Assembly: GCA_045545615.1 (NCBI GenBank)
Contig: JAZQBF010000237.1
Span: forward strand, 1 to 40,475
Source: Faecousia sp.
GTDB lineage: Bacteria; Bacillota; Clostridia; Oscillospirales; Oscillospiraceae
Direction of reading: 5' to 3'
Length of the DNA stretch: 40,475 nucleotides
Shown: positions 16,758-25,979 of the stretch, piece after piece
Position numbering within the stretch: the stretch's first letter is position 1
How the letters are laid out: every line of letters begins with the position of its first letter
Translations under genes and position numbers: made by a program
The notes under the pieces: generated by a model
Told to the model about the DNA's origin: nothing
The model's database searches: none
Seen by the model: the letters and a program-made list of their open reading frames with translations, nothing else

Positions 16758-16824
16758 ATTATACGAATGACGAAAAAATCTGTCTTTATATATTAAGACG
16801 ATACTTTTAAGAAATCAGACCAAA
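16758..16824 (-). promoter_or_regulatory. Activator-type promoter with tandem AraC-like half-sites
   Basis: Minus-strand TATAAT at 16763-16758 with a weak -35 (AAGACA) 17 bp away. Imperfect direct repeats (TAAGACGA 16794-16801, TCAGACCA 16815-16822) 21 bp apart lie next to the -35. Confidence 0.5.
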
Positions 16825-16865
16825 ATCGTTATAACTAATTATAATGACTGATATTGCAAATGTAA

Positions 16866-16906
16866 AGAAAAAATAAGCCGGTTTCAGATTTTTACCAAAA
16901 CCGGCT
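16866..16906 (-). terminator. Terminator of the ABC exporter operon
   Basis: AGCCGGTTT...AAACCGGCT stem with an A-tract at 16868-16873, which is a U-tract on the minus strand. Confidence 0.65.
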
Positions 16907-16912
16907 GTTTGA

Positions 16913-18055
16913 TCAGTTGGATCTTCTGTTGCGCAGTTCTATTTTATGCATACAAAGCAGAACCAGCAGCATCAAAAGGCAATACAGCGCCATATACACG
17001 ACATAGCGGTTGTTATAAATGGCGTTGATATAGTAAGTTGGTGGAAACAGCAATTGCAGGGGGCGGGTTACCCGAAATTCAAAAAATACCGGACATATGC
17101 CGATCATCAACGTGGTAAACAAGGGGATGATCGCGCCAAAAAACTTTACATTGTTAAAAATCCTGCGGATCAGCATACCAAACAGAGCGCAACAGAGCAC
17201 ATACAGCAACCCGACACCGATCTCCCGACCGATGGAAACAGAGAGCCCGGTGATGACCAAGGCGATCACCATTGCAAAGCAAATGTTAGCAACGGCAATG
17301 GTTTGGCAACCCAATTCCACAAAAAACTTTTTACCCAAAGGGATGTGGGCGAAAGTGCCCTGCATTTGGTCTTTGATGTAAAACATTGCGCCGGCAAGGG
17401 CGCACAGCACCACCAATATGCTTAAAAGACCACGGATCGGCATCAGCAAATAACTGTCTGCAGAAGGGTCAGAAACATCTGTAGTGGCGGGGAATTCAAA
17501 CAGTGGCGCGTCCCGGAGAAATGCATCGTAATACGCCAAAAGTTCTGCGTCGGTAACACCGTCCAAAGCAGGGGTCTGCGTCCGGATGAAGTTTAAATAA
17601 ATATGGTCGCTGCAGTGATTATACAAAGCGCCGGAAAGTTTTTCCCGGGATAGCCGCAGCGCCACATTATCCTGCCGCTGGACTACGCTTACCATATAGT
17701 TTGCCTGAGAGGGATCTTTGGCAAAATCCTGCAGACGGTCAGTAAGATCTTTTTGAAAGATCCAGGCGGCATCCGCCTGACCGGTTTTTACCAGTTCTTC
17801 CGCCTCTGCAGGGGTATCACAGCGGGCAAAGGTGATCAGCCTGCTGCTGTCAAAAAGATCTTGTATGATCGCCTCACCCAGGGGATCGTTGGCATCTGCC
17901 TGGGCGAGGGCGATATGGATGAAACCGGATTCTTCCCGGGCAGAGATGCCCAAAGCCAAAACCAGAATGGGTATCAAAGCCAGTAAGATCAAAAAAATCT
18001 TCTTTTTATACAGCCGTTTGTTCAGCAGTAAGAACCATTTAGCGATCGTTTTCAT
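16913..18055 (-). CDS. ABC-2 type exporter permease
   Basis: N-terminal TM helix, extracellular domain and several C-terminal TM helices; LLFPPTYY. Probable start ATG 18055. Confidence 0.85.
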   Translation of the reverse strand: MKTIAKWFLLLNKRLYKKKIFLILLALIPILVLALGISAREESGFIHIALAQADANDPLGEAIIQDLFDSSRLITFARCDTPAEAEELVKTGQADAAWIFQKDLTDRLQDFAKDPSQANYMVSVVQRQDNVALRLSREKLSGALYNHCSDHIYLNFIRTQTPALDGVTDAELLAYYDAFLRDAPLFEFPATTDVSDPSADSYLLMPIRGLLSILVVLCALAGAMFYIKDQMQGTFAHIPLGKKFFVELGCQTIAVANICFAMVIALVITGLSVSIGREIGVGLLYVLCCALFGMLIRRIFNNVKFFGAIIPLFTTLMIGICPVFFEFRVTRPLQLLFPPTYYINAIYNNRYVVYMALYCLLMLLVLLCMHKIELRNRRSN

Positions 18056-18062
18056 ACGGCAG

Positions 18063-19289
18063 TTAAGTTCTCCTTGCAAGTTTATGTTTCCGCGCTAAAA
18101 CCGTGAGGAACAGGAATATACCGGTGTATAAGACCATTCCCAATAACCGGAGCATATCCGGCGTGTTGGAAAGACAGTTGCCAAGATAATTTGCGGCAAT
18201 ACCGGTGGGTAAATAGACGGCGATTTTTTGCATTGCTACAGGCAGGGTGTGAATGGGATACAGACAGCCGGCGCAGTAGCAAAGGGCAACAGACAGAAAA
18301 AACGGAAGGGAAATACCACTGATCATATCGCCGGAAATTTCGAACAAAAGCAGCATCAAACTCAAAACCATTGCCATAACCGGCAGACTCTGCAGGAAAA
18401 ATGCAAAAATGGGAATGGAGGGCAAGCCCACAAAAAGCGATGTATTTTGCAACGCAAAATAGACCGCGGCGCCCACGCCGAAAACAGCGGCAGTTGCAAC
18501 AAAGTGAACAATGCAAAACGCGCAAAATTCCAAACCGATCTGTTTGCCGGCAGAAATTCCCTTGGCACAAAGCATACGGCTCAGCGCGGAATCCTTCCGC
18601 ACAAAAACCGATGCGTAGGGGATAGCGATGATCAAAAAGAACAACACGCTGATACCGCAGAGCATATACTCGCCCAGGGAAAGACCGTCGGAGATGCCCA
18701 AGTCCTGCACCCGGTACATTTTGTCCCGGTGGATGATCACATCCATATATTCGATGGTCAATTGGTTAGAGGCGTCATAGCCGAGATCGCCTTGGTTTTC
18801 ATCGATCAATGCGTCCCAAATTCCCCAAATGCCTTTTTGCGCGCCCATAAGCAGCGTTTCTACAGCCAGGGTGACTTCCTCTTTCAATATGGTCGAAAGA
18901 CCGCCGCCGGAGGAGGTGACAAACTGGATGGGCAGGATCTCACCGTGAAGGGCTTTTTCCATAAAACCGTCGGGCAGGACAACATAGGCAGAAAGCCGTC
19001 CTTGTTCCAGCGCCGACCGGGCCTCATCTTCGGTCATTTCCGGAAATTCCATGGTAAATCGGGAAGAATCCATGGTTTCCATCGCAGTTTTTCCCATTTG
19101 GAAATAGTCGTTTTCAATGTCGCCAGCAATACCGATGCGAAAGATCTGGTTTTTGCTGTCTTCTGCGGAGAGTTGTAAAATTCCCGAGAGGATCAGCAGC
19201 AAACCGGCAAGAAGGATCACACCTGCCAAAGCAACAAACGGCGCGGTTTTCCCCAAATGTTTGATTTGTGTTTTTAAGTACTGTTTCAT
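18063..19289 (-). CDS. ABC-2 type exporter permease
   Basis: Same topology; GCLYPIHTLPVAMQKIAVYLPT is a typical ABC-2 motif. Probable start ATG 19289. Confidence 0.85.
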   Translation of the reverse strand: MKQYLKTQIKHLGKTAPFVALAGVILLAGLLLILSGILQLSAEDSKNQIFRIGIAGDIENDYFQMGKTAMETMDSSRFTMEFPEMTEDEARSALEQGRLSAYVVLPDGFMEKALHGEILPIQFVTSSGGGLSTILKEEVTLAVETLLMGAQKGIWGIWDALIDENQGDLGYDASNQLTIEYMDVIIHRDKMYRVQDLGISDGLSLGEYMLCGISVLFFLIIAIPYASVFVRKDSALSRMLCAKGISAGKQIGLEFCAFCIVHFVATAAVFGVGAAVYFALQNTSLFVGLPSIPIFAFFLQSLPVMAMVLSLMLLLFEISGDMISGISLPFFLSVALCYCAGCLYPIHTLPVAMQKIAVYLPTGIAANYLGNCLSNTPDMLRLLGMVLYTGIFLFLTVLARKHKLARRT

Positions 19290-19290
19290 A

Positions 19291-19959
19291 TCACAATTTT
19301 TCCACCAACGCCTCAAGATCGCCTGTGTATGCATAGGGCGCCAAAACGCCGTCTTTCAAAATGTAGCAGGCATCGCAAAGGTCAAGTTCCTGCACATCGT
19401 GGGTGACCAGGATCAGAATGCCGCCTTTTTCTTTGTGCTCGGTCAAATACCGGGAGATCCGCTGTTTGCAGACAAAGTCCAATGCAGCCATCGGCTCATC
19501 CAGCAGCAGGATCGGCGGATGCTTGGCAATCGCGCAACCGATGGAAAGGCGCTTTTTCATACCGCCGGAGAGTTTGGAAACGGGGACTTTCAGAAAATCT
19601 CCCACCCCAAGCATTTCCAGCAAACCGCCCTGCAGTTCTTTGTGCAGTTGCTTTTTGTCATACCAAAGAAGCAGGTTGTCGTAAGCGGTCAATTCTTCGA
19701 TCAACGGTGTGCCCTGGGGTACATAGCCCACCAGTTCTGCCCGCTGACGGCGAAAATGAAACAGGTCATTGCCCTCATACAAAAAAGCGCCGCTGTCGCA
19801 GGGAAGTACACCTGCCAAAATGGAAAGCAGGGTGGATTTGCCACAGCCGTTGCTGCCTAAAATGCCGATGCACTGACCGCTGACAGCGGAAAAGGAAACC
19901 CCTTTGAGAACTTCCTTGCTGCGGAAATGCTTTGTTATGTTTTGAATCTCTATTTTCAT
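19291..19959 (-). CDS. ABC transporter ATP-binding protein
   Basis: Walker A GSNGCGKST, signature LSGGM, Walker B LLLDEP and H-loop VTH. SD GGAG supports ATG 19959. Confidence 0.95.
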   Translation of the reverse strand: MKIEIQNITKHFRSKEVLKGVSFSAVSGQCIGILGSNGCGKSTLLSILAGVLPCDSGAFLYEGNDLFHFRRQRAELVGYVPQGTPLIEELTAYDNLLLWYDKKQLHKELQGGLLEMLGVGDFLKVPVSKLSGGMKKRLSIGCAIAKHPPILLLDEPMAALDFVCKQRISRYLTEHKEKGGILILVTHDVQELDLCDACYILKDGVLAPYAYTGDLEALVEKL

Positions 19960-19976
19960 TGTGTCTATCTCCAAAG

Positions 19977-20019
19977 CAGGCCGGAACACAACTCTTAAAA
20001 GAGTTTGTATCCCGGCCTG
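19977..20019 (-). other. Intra-operon stem-loop (weak terminator or mRNA stabiliser)
   Basis: CAGGCCGG...AACTCTT-aa-AAGAGTT...CCGGCCTG, with only a short U-run on the minus strand. Confidence 0.65.
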
Positions 20020-20034
20020 ATGTAAATTTTGCAG

Positions 20035-21900
20035 TTATGCGGCAGAGTATGCAACTACATCGTTGCTCTGTGCATTAGCGATAGCGCCGAAACCGCCTTC
20101 GTTGATAAAGGTGTCGATCATTTCACTCAGTTCGTCAGGCAGATTCAGTTTTTCCACAACAGACTCCAGTTTGGTCAGATCAAAACTTGCCAGCCAATCG
20201 GCAAACTCATCGCCTTCAATAACCTCGGTGGCGTTGGAGGGAACGGAGATCTTCTTTGCCTCGCCTATGGTGGCGTTCATAACGATGCCAGCCAACTTGT
20301 TGCCGCTGGCGCAGACATACAGTTCGGTAGCAGCGGTATCTTCCTGGGCATTCACAACCAGCATAATGGAGGGATTTGCCATATTGACAGCAGATGCCAT
20401 TTCGTCAGCATCTGCGCCGAGGATCTCATTCAACAGATCCTTGGAAGGAATGATTTCGAAAGTGCCATTTAAATAGCCGTCCTCTTCAAAGGTTTTCTCA
20501 TCAAAGTCAGAAACTTCGATGGTCAGACCGGACATAGATTCCACAGAAACGGCATAGCGGGCGTCCACGATACCCTTCTTTTTGGTGCCTTCGCCGGTGA
20601 TGGCAAACAACTCTTCGCCGAATTCAAAAGCCTTGATTTCAGTAGCGAATTCCTTGCCGTCAAATGCGCAGCCGTAGGTAAAGACCTCGCTGTCATCCAC
20701 GCAGACGGAGAAACCGGTGATCTCATGCTTGTTGTTTACCAGCGTGGTCAGGGTAAGCATATCTGCGGTGTCGGCGTTGTCCAAAGCATCATCTTTAGAA
20801 TCGAGCATTTCATCAATGCTATCGATCATCGTTTCGTAAATATCCTCGTCCTCATAATACATACCCTTTTCTTCCATATAGGACTGGATGGATTTTACGA
20901 TCTTGCGGATGTCATCATCGTCTTTGATTTCTTCCATCACTGCGCAAAGGATCTTTACAAGGTCTTTTTGGGAGAGGTTGCAGGTCAGTTCTGTAACTTT
21001 CTGCTCCACATCGCCTACACTGAGGGTAGTGGTCTCTTTGTCAACATCGTCCAGTTCTGCCAAAACCACCTTGCTGTATTTGTTCAGGAGTTTGTTTACA
21101 GTCTTTTCGTCGGGAAGCACCTTTACCAGATCCTTCATCATCTCGGGATCGTAGGCAGCAGGCATATTATAACGCATATCCATATAAAGAGACTCGCTTG
21201 TAAAGTGGGAAGAACTCAGATACATTTTCATTTGCGCCATATCCATAATGGCATTGACAACGGGTACTGTCTCACCACCGGCGATAAGGCCGATCGTGTA
21301 GTCAAGCATCTCTTTCTTGGTGTTCATTTCCATAGAAATGCCCAGATCGTTGATAAAACCTAAATACTTATCAACTTCGTCGACACCGCCGTCCGGAGTG
21401 AGAACAGTTGCAAGGAGTTGCTTGCCATCGTCGGTAAGGACGAATTTCAGTTCCCCTTTGACATTTTGGGAGTCATCAGTCATCTGTTCCAGATATGTGC
21501 CGTAAGCCTCGGCGAAATCCTCACTGCCGTCTTTTACAGCATCCTGATAGACTTGCTGCATGTATTTTTCGGGAGAAGCAAAGGTCTTGGTAAAGGTCTT
21601 TTTCAAAGTGCCCAGGTTTAAAACCAGCGCGACCACAGCAGCCAATGCCACTACGATGCCGCCAATCAGAGCAAACAGATTCAGCGGCTTCTTTTTGGGT
21701 GCTTCAAAAACAGGCGCGGAGAATGTTTCTTCTGCAGGTTGCGCAATAGGCGCGGCTTCCGCTTGGGTCAATACAACGGTCTCATCTGCCTGCTGCAGGG
21801 GTACTTCGTTTTCAGCAGGCTGCTGCGCAACGGCGCTGCCGCAGTTAAGGCAGAATTTTCCGCCTTCAGGGATGGGAGAACCACAGTTAGAACAGAACAT
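20035..21900 (-). CDS. Zinc-ribbon, single-TM protein with a large acidic extracytoplasmic domain
   Basis: N-terminal CSNCG...FCLNCG double CxxC, Pro/Ala/Gln linker, KKK plus TM helix, then a D/E-rich domain of about 520 aa. Confidence 0.85.
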   Translation of the reverse strand: MFCSNCGSPIPEGGKFCLNCGSAVAQQPAENEVPLQQADETVVLTQAEAAPIAQPAEETFSAPVFEAPKKKPLNLFALIGGIVVALAAVVALVLNLGTLKKTFTKTFASPEKYMQQVYQDAVKDGSEDFAEAYGTYLEQMTDDSQNVKGELKFVLTDDGKQLLATVLTPDGGVDEVDKYLGFINDLGISMEMNTKKEMLDYTIGLIAGGETVPVVNAIMDMAQMKMYLSSSHFTSESLYMDMRYNMPAAYDPEMMKDLVKVLPDEKTVNKLLNKYSKVVLAELDDVDKETTTLSVGDVEQKVTELTCNLSQKDLVKILCAVMEEIKDDDDIRKIVKSIQSYMEEKGMYYEDEDIYETMIDSIDEMLDSKDDALDNADTADMLTLTTLVNNKHEITGFSVCVDDSEVFTYGCAFDGKEFATEIKAFEFGEELFAITGEGTKKKGIVDARYAVSVESMSGLTIEVSDFDEKTFEEDGYLNGTFEIIPSKDLLNEILGADADEMASAVNMANPSIMLVVNAQEDTAATELYVCASGNKLAGIVMNATIGEAKKISVPSNATEVIEGDEFADWLASFDLTKLESVVEKLNLPDELSEMIDTFINEGGFGAIANAQSNDVVAYSAA

Positions 21901-21959
21901 TTTTATTCCTCTCTTTCTCTTCTTTCTCTATAAATAGTAGAAACTTGTTCCTAATAAAG

Positions 21960-21988
21960 ATTATATGTCTGAAAGCCTTGTGTGTCAA
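21960..21988 (-). promoter_or_regulatory. Consensus sigmaA promoter of the zinc-ribbon/ABC operon
   Basis: Minus-strand TTGACA (21988-21983)-17 bp-TATAAT (21965-21960). Confidence 0.85.
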
Positions 21989-22006
21989 TTACAAACGGTT
22001 TCAAAA

Positions 22007-23047
22007 TCACCGGTTTATATATGCGATCAACAGTTTTAATGTGTTGTAAACACCGTCAATATGGCTGCGTTCATAGCCGTGGCTGGCGTAGACGCCGGGA
22101 CCGATCAGACCGTGGCGCAGGTCATATCCACCCCGAAGCGTGGCTTCTACATCAGAGCCGTAGAAGGGATAAACATCCACGGCGTAGTCTGCGCCGGACT
22201 TTTTTGCAGCCTCGATCAGGTCGCCTACAACATCATAACTGTAAGGGCCGCCGGAATCCTTGGCACAGATGGATACCTGCCGCTCCGTGCAGGAAAGTCC
22301 TTCACCCACACAGCCCATATCCACGCTGATCGCCTCTGTTACACCTGCCGGCACAGAACCGGAGCCGCCGTGTCCCACTTCCTCGTAAACAGTGATGTGA
22401 ACATAGGTTTTTCGGGGCAGTTCCAAGGCGTTGTCGGCAACATATTTTGCAAATCCCAGCAAGATACCGACAGACAGTTTGTCATCCAAAAAACGGCTCT
22501 TCAAATAGCCGCTTTCTGTGCGCCGGGTGCGGGGGTCAAAACATACAACATCGCCCACTTCTATGCCCAGATTTTTCACATCCTCAGCGCCGGAAACGGC
22601 TGCATCCAGAACCACCTCGGTAGTGTCAAAAGTTCGCTTGGCAGTAGCATAATCGCCGTTTACGTGCACAGATGCATTACACAGTTGTAGCGTGCCTTCA
22701 AACACTTTGCCGTTACGGGTATAAACCTTTACATTTTCTGCCTCGCCGTTGTTGGCGCTCATGCCGCCCAAGGGGGTCAGACGCAGTCGCCCGTTGCCTT
22801 TGATCTGCGCCACCATACCGCCCAAAGTATCCACGTGGGCAGCCAGCATCAAACCGTTTTTATCATCTTTGCCACCCAGGTCAGCAATGACGCCGCCTTT
22901 GGTGGTGAAGTAAGCGGAAAAACCCATTTTTTCGAAGGATTTCTTCACCCAGGCAGCCGCTTGTTTCGTGTAACCGGAAGGGGAGTCGATCGCCAATACG
23001 GCGGCCGCTTGCTCCCACGCAAAATCTGCGTATTTTCTATCAAGCAT
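22007..23047 (-). CDS. M42 family metallo-aminopeptidase
   Basis: Motifs IDSPSG, AAHVDT, SRFLDDK, YEEVGHG, SVDMG and ASHGYERSH. SD AAGGAG supports ATG 23047. Confidence 0.92.
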   Translation of the reverse strand: MLDRKYADFAWEQAAAVLAIDSPSGYTKQAAAWVKKSFEKMGFSAYFTTKGGVIADLGGKDDKNGLMLAAHVDTLGGMVAQIKGNGRLRLTPLGGMSANNGEAENVKVYTRNGKVFEGTLQLCNASVHVNGDYATAKRTFDTTEVVLDAAVSGAEDVKNLGIEVGDVVCFDPRTRRTESGYLKSRFLDDKLSVGILLGFAKYVADNALELPRKTYVHITVYEEVGHGGSGSVPAGVTEAISVDMGCVGEGLSCTERQVSICAKDSGGPYSYDVVGDLIEAAKKSGADYAVDVYPFYGSDVEATLRGGYDLRHGLIGPGVYASHGYERSHIDGVYNTLKLLIAYINR

Positions 23048-23102
23048 AACCATTCTCCTTTGCCTTTTGCTTTTGCATTTTTGTAGAAATTTCCTTGAAA
23101 AC

Positions 23103-23131
23103 AGTATACCACAACCCGTTCTGCCTTGCAA
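23103..23131 (-). promoter_or_regulatory. sigmaA promoter of the M42 peptidase gene
   Basis: Minus-strand TTGCAA-17 bp-TATACT with an extended TG. Confidence 0.65.
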
Positions 23132-23287
23132 GGGCATCCGGACTTTTTCCCGGAACATTCCTCTTTCGACAAAATTTTGCTTTCTTGGGTCGTATAATGA
23201 AAAAATGTTTGAAAAATCCGACAAAATTCAAGATAAAAAATAGTGCATATTGTATAGAAAATGGCAGGAAATACAAAGCAATTTTTC

Positions 23288-23316
23288 TTGCTTTTTCGGC
23301 TTTTCTATAGTATAAT
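23288..23316 (+). promoter_or_regulatory. sigmaA promoter of the polysaccharide locus
   Basis: TTGCTT-17 bp-TATAAT. Confidence 0.7.
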
Positions 23317-23423
23317 GTATAAAACTGTGACTATTGATGGGGAAGCGGGTTTTTCACAGTTTTTTACTGTATAAAAGAAAGCAAAGCAAAACCCTGAAAA
23401 TCAAGAGCGACGAGGGAGATAAT

Positions 23424-24803
23424 GTGAAAGATTTTAAGCATGATTTAGGTCTGCGGTTGATCAAACTGCTGAATGTGATATTAATGGTTGTGCCCTTTGG
23501 CGCATGCTGGTACTTATTTTATTCCGAAGGTGTCTCCTATTACCGTATGGGACACTATGCTGTGATTGCTGTCTTTTTGTTTCTGTATGTTCTGTTTGCC
23601 AGAATTTACGATGCATTTCTGGTGTCCATTAACCGGATCTCCGAGATGGTTTACAGCCAGGGTCTGGCGATCTTGCTGTCGGATGCCATTATGTTTGTGA
23701 TCATCTGGTTGCTGCGGCGGCATTTCCCATCTTTGTGGCCCGGGCTGGTAACGCTGGTGATACAGTTGGTGCTGGCGACGATCTGGTCTACGCTGGCGCA
23801 TCAGTGGTATTACAAAAGTTTTCCACCTAAAAAGTCTGCCATCATTTATGATCGCAGATATGGCATTGAAGGTTTGATCCAGGATTACGGTCTGCAGAAA
23901 AAATTTGACGTTGTTTATGCTGCTGCGGCAGAGGAGTGCGTCAAGGATCTTTCCAAACTGCAGGATATGAACACCGTGTTTGTCAGCGGCGTAAACAGCC
24001 ATGAGCGGAATGTGATCCTGAAATACTGCGTAGCCAATGATATTGATGTGTATGTGATCCCCCGGATCGGCGACATTATCATGAGCGGCGCCCGGAAGAT
24101 GCACATGTTCCATCTGCCGGTGCTGCGCGTGGGCAGATGCAACCCTCGCCCGGAGGAGAAACTTATCAAGCGGTTGTTTGATATTGTCAGCAGCGCACTG
24201 GTGCTGTTGGCGATCAGCCCGATCATGATCGTTACAGCAATTGCCATCAAAACCCACGACGGTGGACCGGTGTTTTATAAACAGGACCGTTTGACCAAGG
24301 ATGGCAAAATCTTTAAGGTGATGAAATTCCGCTCTATGCGTGTAGATGCGGAAAAAGACGGCGTTGCCCGTCTGTCCACCGGTGATAAGGATGACCGGAT
24401 TACGCCTGTGGGTCGCGTAATTCGCAAACTGCGTATTGACGAACTGCCCCAGTTGCTGAATATCCTGGGCGGCAGTATGAGTGTTGTGGGTCCCCGCCCG
24501 GAGCGCCCGGAGATCGCTGCCCAGTATGAAGAAGAATTGCCGGAATTTAAACTTCGCCTGCAAGTAAAAGCCGGTCTTACCGGTTATGCCCAGGTTTACG
24601 GCAAATACAATACAACTCCCTACGACAAACTGCAGATGGACCTGATGTACATAGCAAACCCCAGTTTCGTGGAAGATCTGCGGATCATCTTCGCTACCAT
24701 CAAGATCCTGTTCGTTCCGGAAAGTACCGACGGCATTGCCGAAGGTCAAACTACCGCAATGGCAGACACCGAGGCGGAAGAAAAGGAACTGCAGAACGTA
24801 TAG
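23424..24803 (+). CDS. Priming polyprenyl-phosphate glycosylphosphotransferase (CpsE/WcaJ-like)
   Basis: Four N-terminal TM helices; KRLFDI, KFRSM, DDRITPVG, RIDELPQL, VGPRPE and GLTGYAQV. Start GTG 23424 after GAGGGAG. Confidence 0.93.
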   Translation: MKDFKHDLGLRLIKLLNVILMVVPFGACWYLFYSEGVSYYRMGHYAVIAVFLFLYVLFARIYDAFLVSINRISEMVYSQGLAILLSDAIMFVIIWLLRRHFPSLWPGLVTLVIQLVLATIWSTLAHQWYYKSFPPKKSAIIYDRRYGIEGLIQDYGLQKKFDVVYAAAAEECVKDLSKLQDMNTVFVSGVNSHERNVILKYCVANDIDVYVIPRIGDIIMSGARKMHMFHLPVLRVGRCNPRPEEKLIKRLFDIVSSALVLLAISPIMIVTAIAIKTHDGGPVFYKQDRLTKDGKIFKVMKFRSMRVDAEKDGVARLSTGDKDDRITPVGRVIRKLRIDELPQLLNILGGSMSVVGPRPERPEIAAQYEEELPEFKLRLQVKAGLTGYAQVYGKYNTTPYDKLQMDLMYIANPSFVEDLRIIFATIKILFVPESTDGIAEGQTTAMADTEAEEKELQNV

Positions 24804-24830
24804 TCCAAAAACAGAGAAAGGATACCGAGA

Positions 24831-25967
24831 ATGCGGCAGAAACTGGCATATATCATCAAACGATATACCTGGGTGCAGTTTTTTTACCGGGTCATAATGA
24901 GTTTTGCGTTCCGTATCCTCGGTCTGTTCACCGGCAACGATCCGAAACTGGTACTTCTGTCCGCAATGAGCGGCGATCAGTATGACGGAAGTCCCCGTGT
25001 TTTATTTGAACAAATGCGTTGCGACCCCCAATTTCGGGATTACCGGTATGTGTGGGCGTTTTCCCATCCGGAGCAGTTTTTTGTGACCGGAGCGGAAACG
25101 GTCAAGATCGATTCCCTGGCTTATTTCATTACCGCGCTGAAAGCCAGAATATGGATCACAGATGTGAACATCGAGCGCGGACTGCATTTTAAGAAGAAAC
25201 GCACGGTCTATCTCAATACCTGGCACGGCACCGGTCCAAAGAAAATCGGCGGTGCGGTAAAAGGGCGAAAAGATTACGATTTTTCCCATGTGGATGTTAT
25301 TTGCGTGGACGGTCAGTATTTTGCCAACGAGATGCTCTATTGGTTTAACGCTAAAAAAGAGAATCTTCTTTGGTGCGGACGCCCCCGGGAAGATGAACTG
25401 CTGACCTTTACCCCGGAAGACCGGGAAAAAGTGCGGCAGAAACTGAATATCCCGGAAGGGAAGAAAGCGATTCTCTATATGCCTACCTGGCGGGAGTACT
25501 CTATCGCGCCTCTCGATTACGCCCTGTGGGAAGATACTTTGGGTGACGAGTATGTTGTGCTTGTCAGATTCCATCATTTCACCCATCAGGAATTACTAAA
25601 ACGGGAAGACGGTTTTTGGCGGGAAGTTTCAGATTATCCCAATGTCAACGAACTGTATTTGGCGGCGGATATTTTGGTGTCCGATTATTCCAGCGCATTT
25701 TTTGATTACGGTCTGTTGGGCAAGCCGATGGTCTGCTTTGCCTATGACTACGAACAGTATTGCCGTGTTACCGGTTTGCACATGGATATTCAGGCAGAGT
25801 TTCCCGACGGATTAAAATACACAGACGAGGAAGTTGTTTCCTATATCCGGGATATGGATTATGAGGCTGCCAGCCGAAAATGCAAAGCCTATTGTGACGG
25901 CTATGTGCAGCATCCGGGCAACGCAACGGAAGCATGTATCCGGCGGCTAAAAGAGTTGATCGTGTAA
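24831..25967 (+). CDS. CDP-glycerol/ribitol polyol-phosphotransferase (TagF/TagB family)
   Basis: Motifs TWHGT, LYMPTWR, RFHH and LVSDYSS. Confidence 0.88.
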   Translation: MRQKLAYIIKRYTWVQFFYRVIMSFAFRILGLFTGNDPKLVLLSAMSGDQYDGSPRVLFEQMRCDPQFRDYRYVWAFSHPEQFFVTGAETVKIDSLAYFITALKARIWITDVNIERGLHFKKKRTVYLNTWHGTGPKKIGGAVKGRKDYDFSHVDVICVDGQYFANEMLYWFNAKKENLLWCGRPREDELLTFTPEDREKVRQKLNIPEGKKAILYMPTWREYSIAPLDYALWEDTLGDEYVVLVRFHHFTHQELLKREDGFWREVSDYPNVNELYLAADILVSDYSSAFFDYGLLGKPMVCFAYDYEQYCRVTGLHMDIQAEFPDGLKYTDEEVVSYIRDMDYEAASRKCKAYCDGYVQHPGNATEACIRRLKELIV

Positions 25968-25979
25968 AGGACGATAGGG

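Noticed and set aside
20035-20080. C-terminus NAQSNDVVAYSAA resembling an SsrA tag
   Set aside because: The end is predicted to be extracytoplasmic and no tmRNA structure surrounds it, so it is probably coincidence.
23334-23423. Track N-terminal extensions of the priming transferase, and likewise argG, glnA, M42 peptidase, GNAT and acyltransferase
   Set aside because: Downstream starts have better SD sequences, and the extensions overlap promoters, leaders or neighbouring genes.
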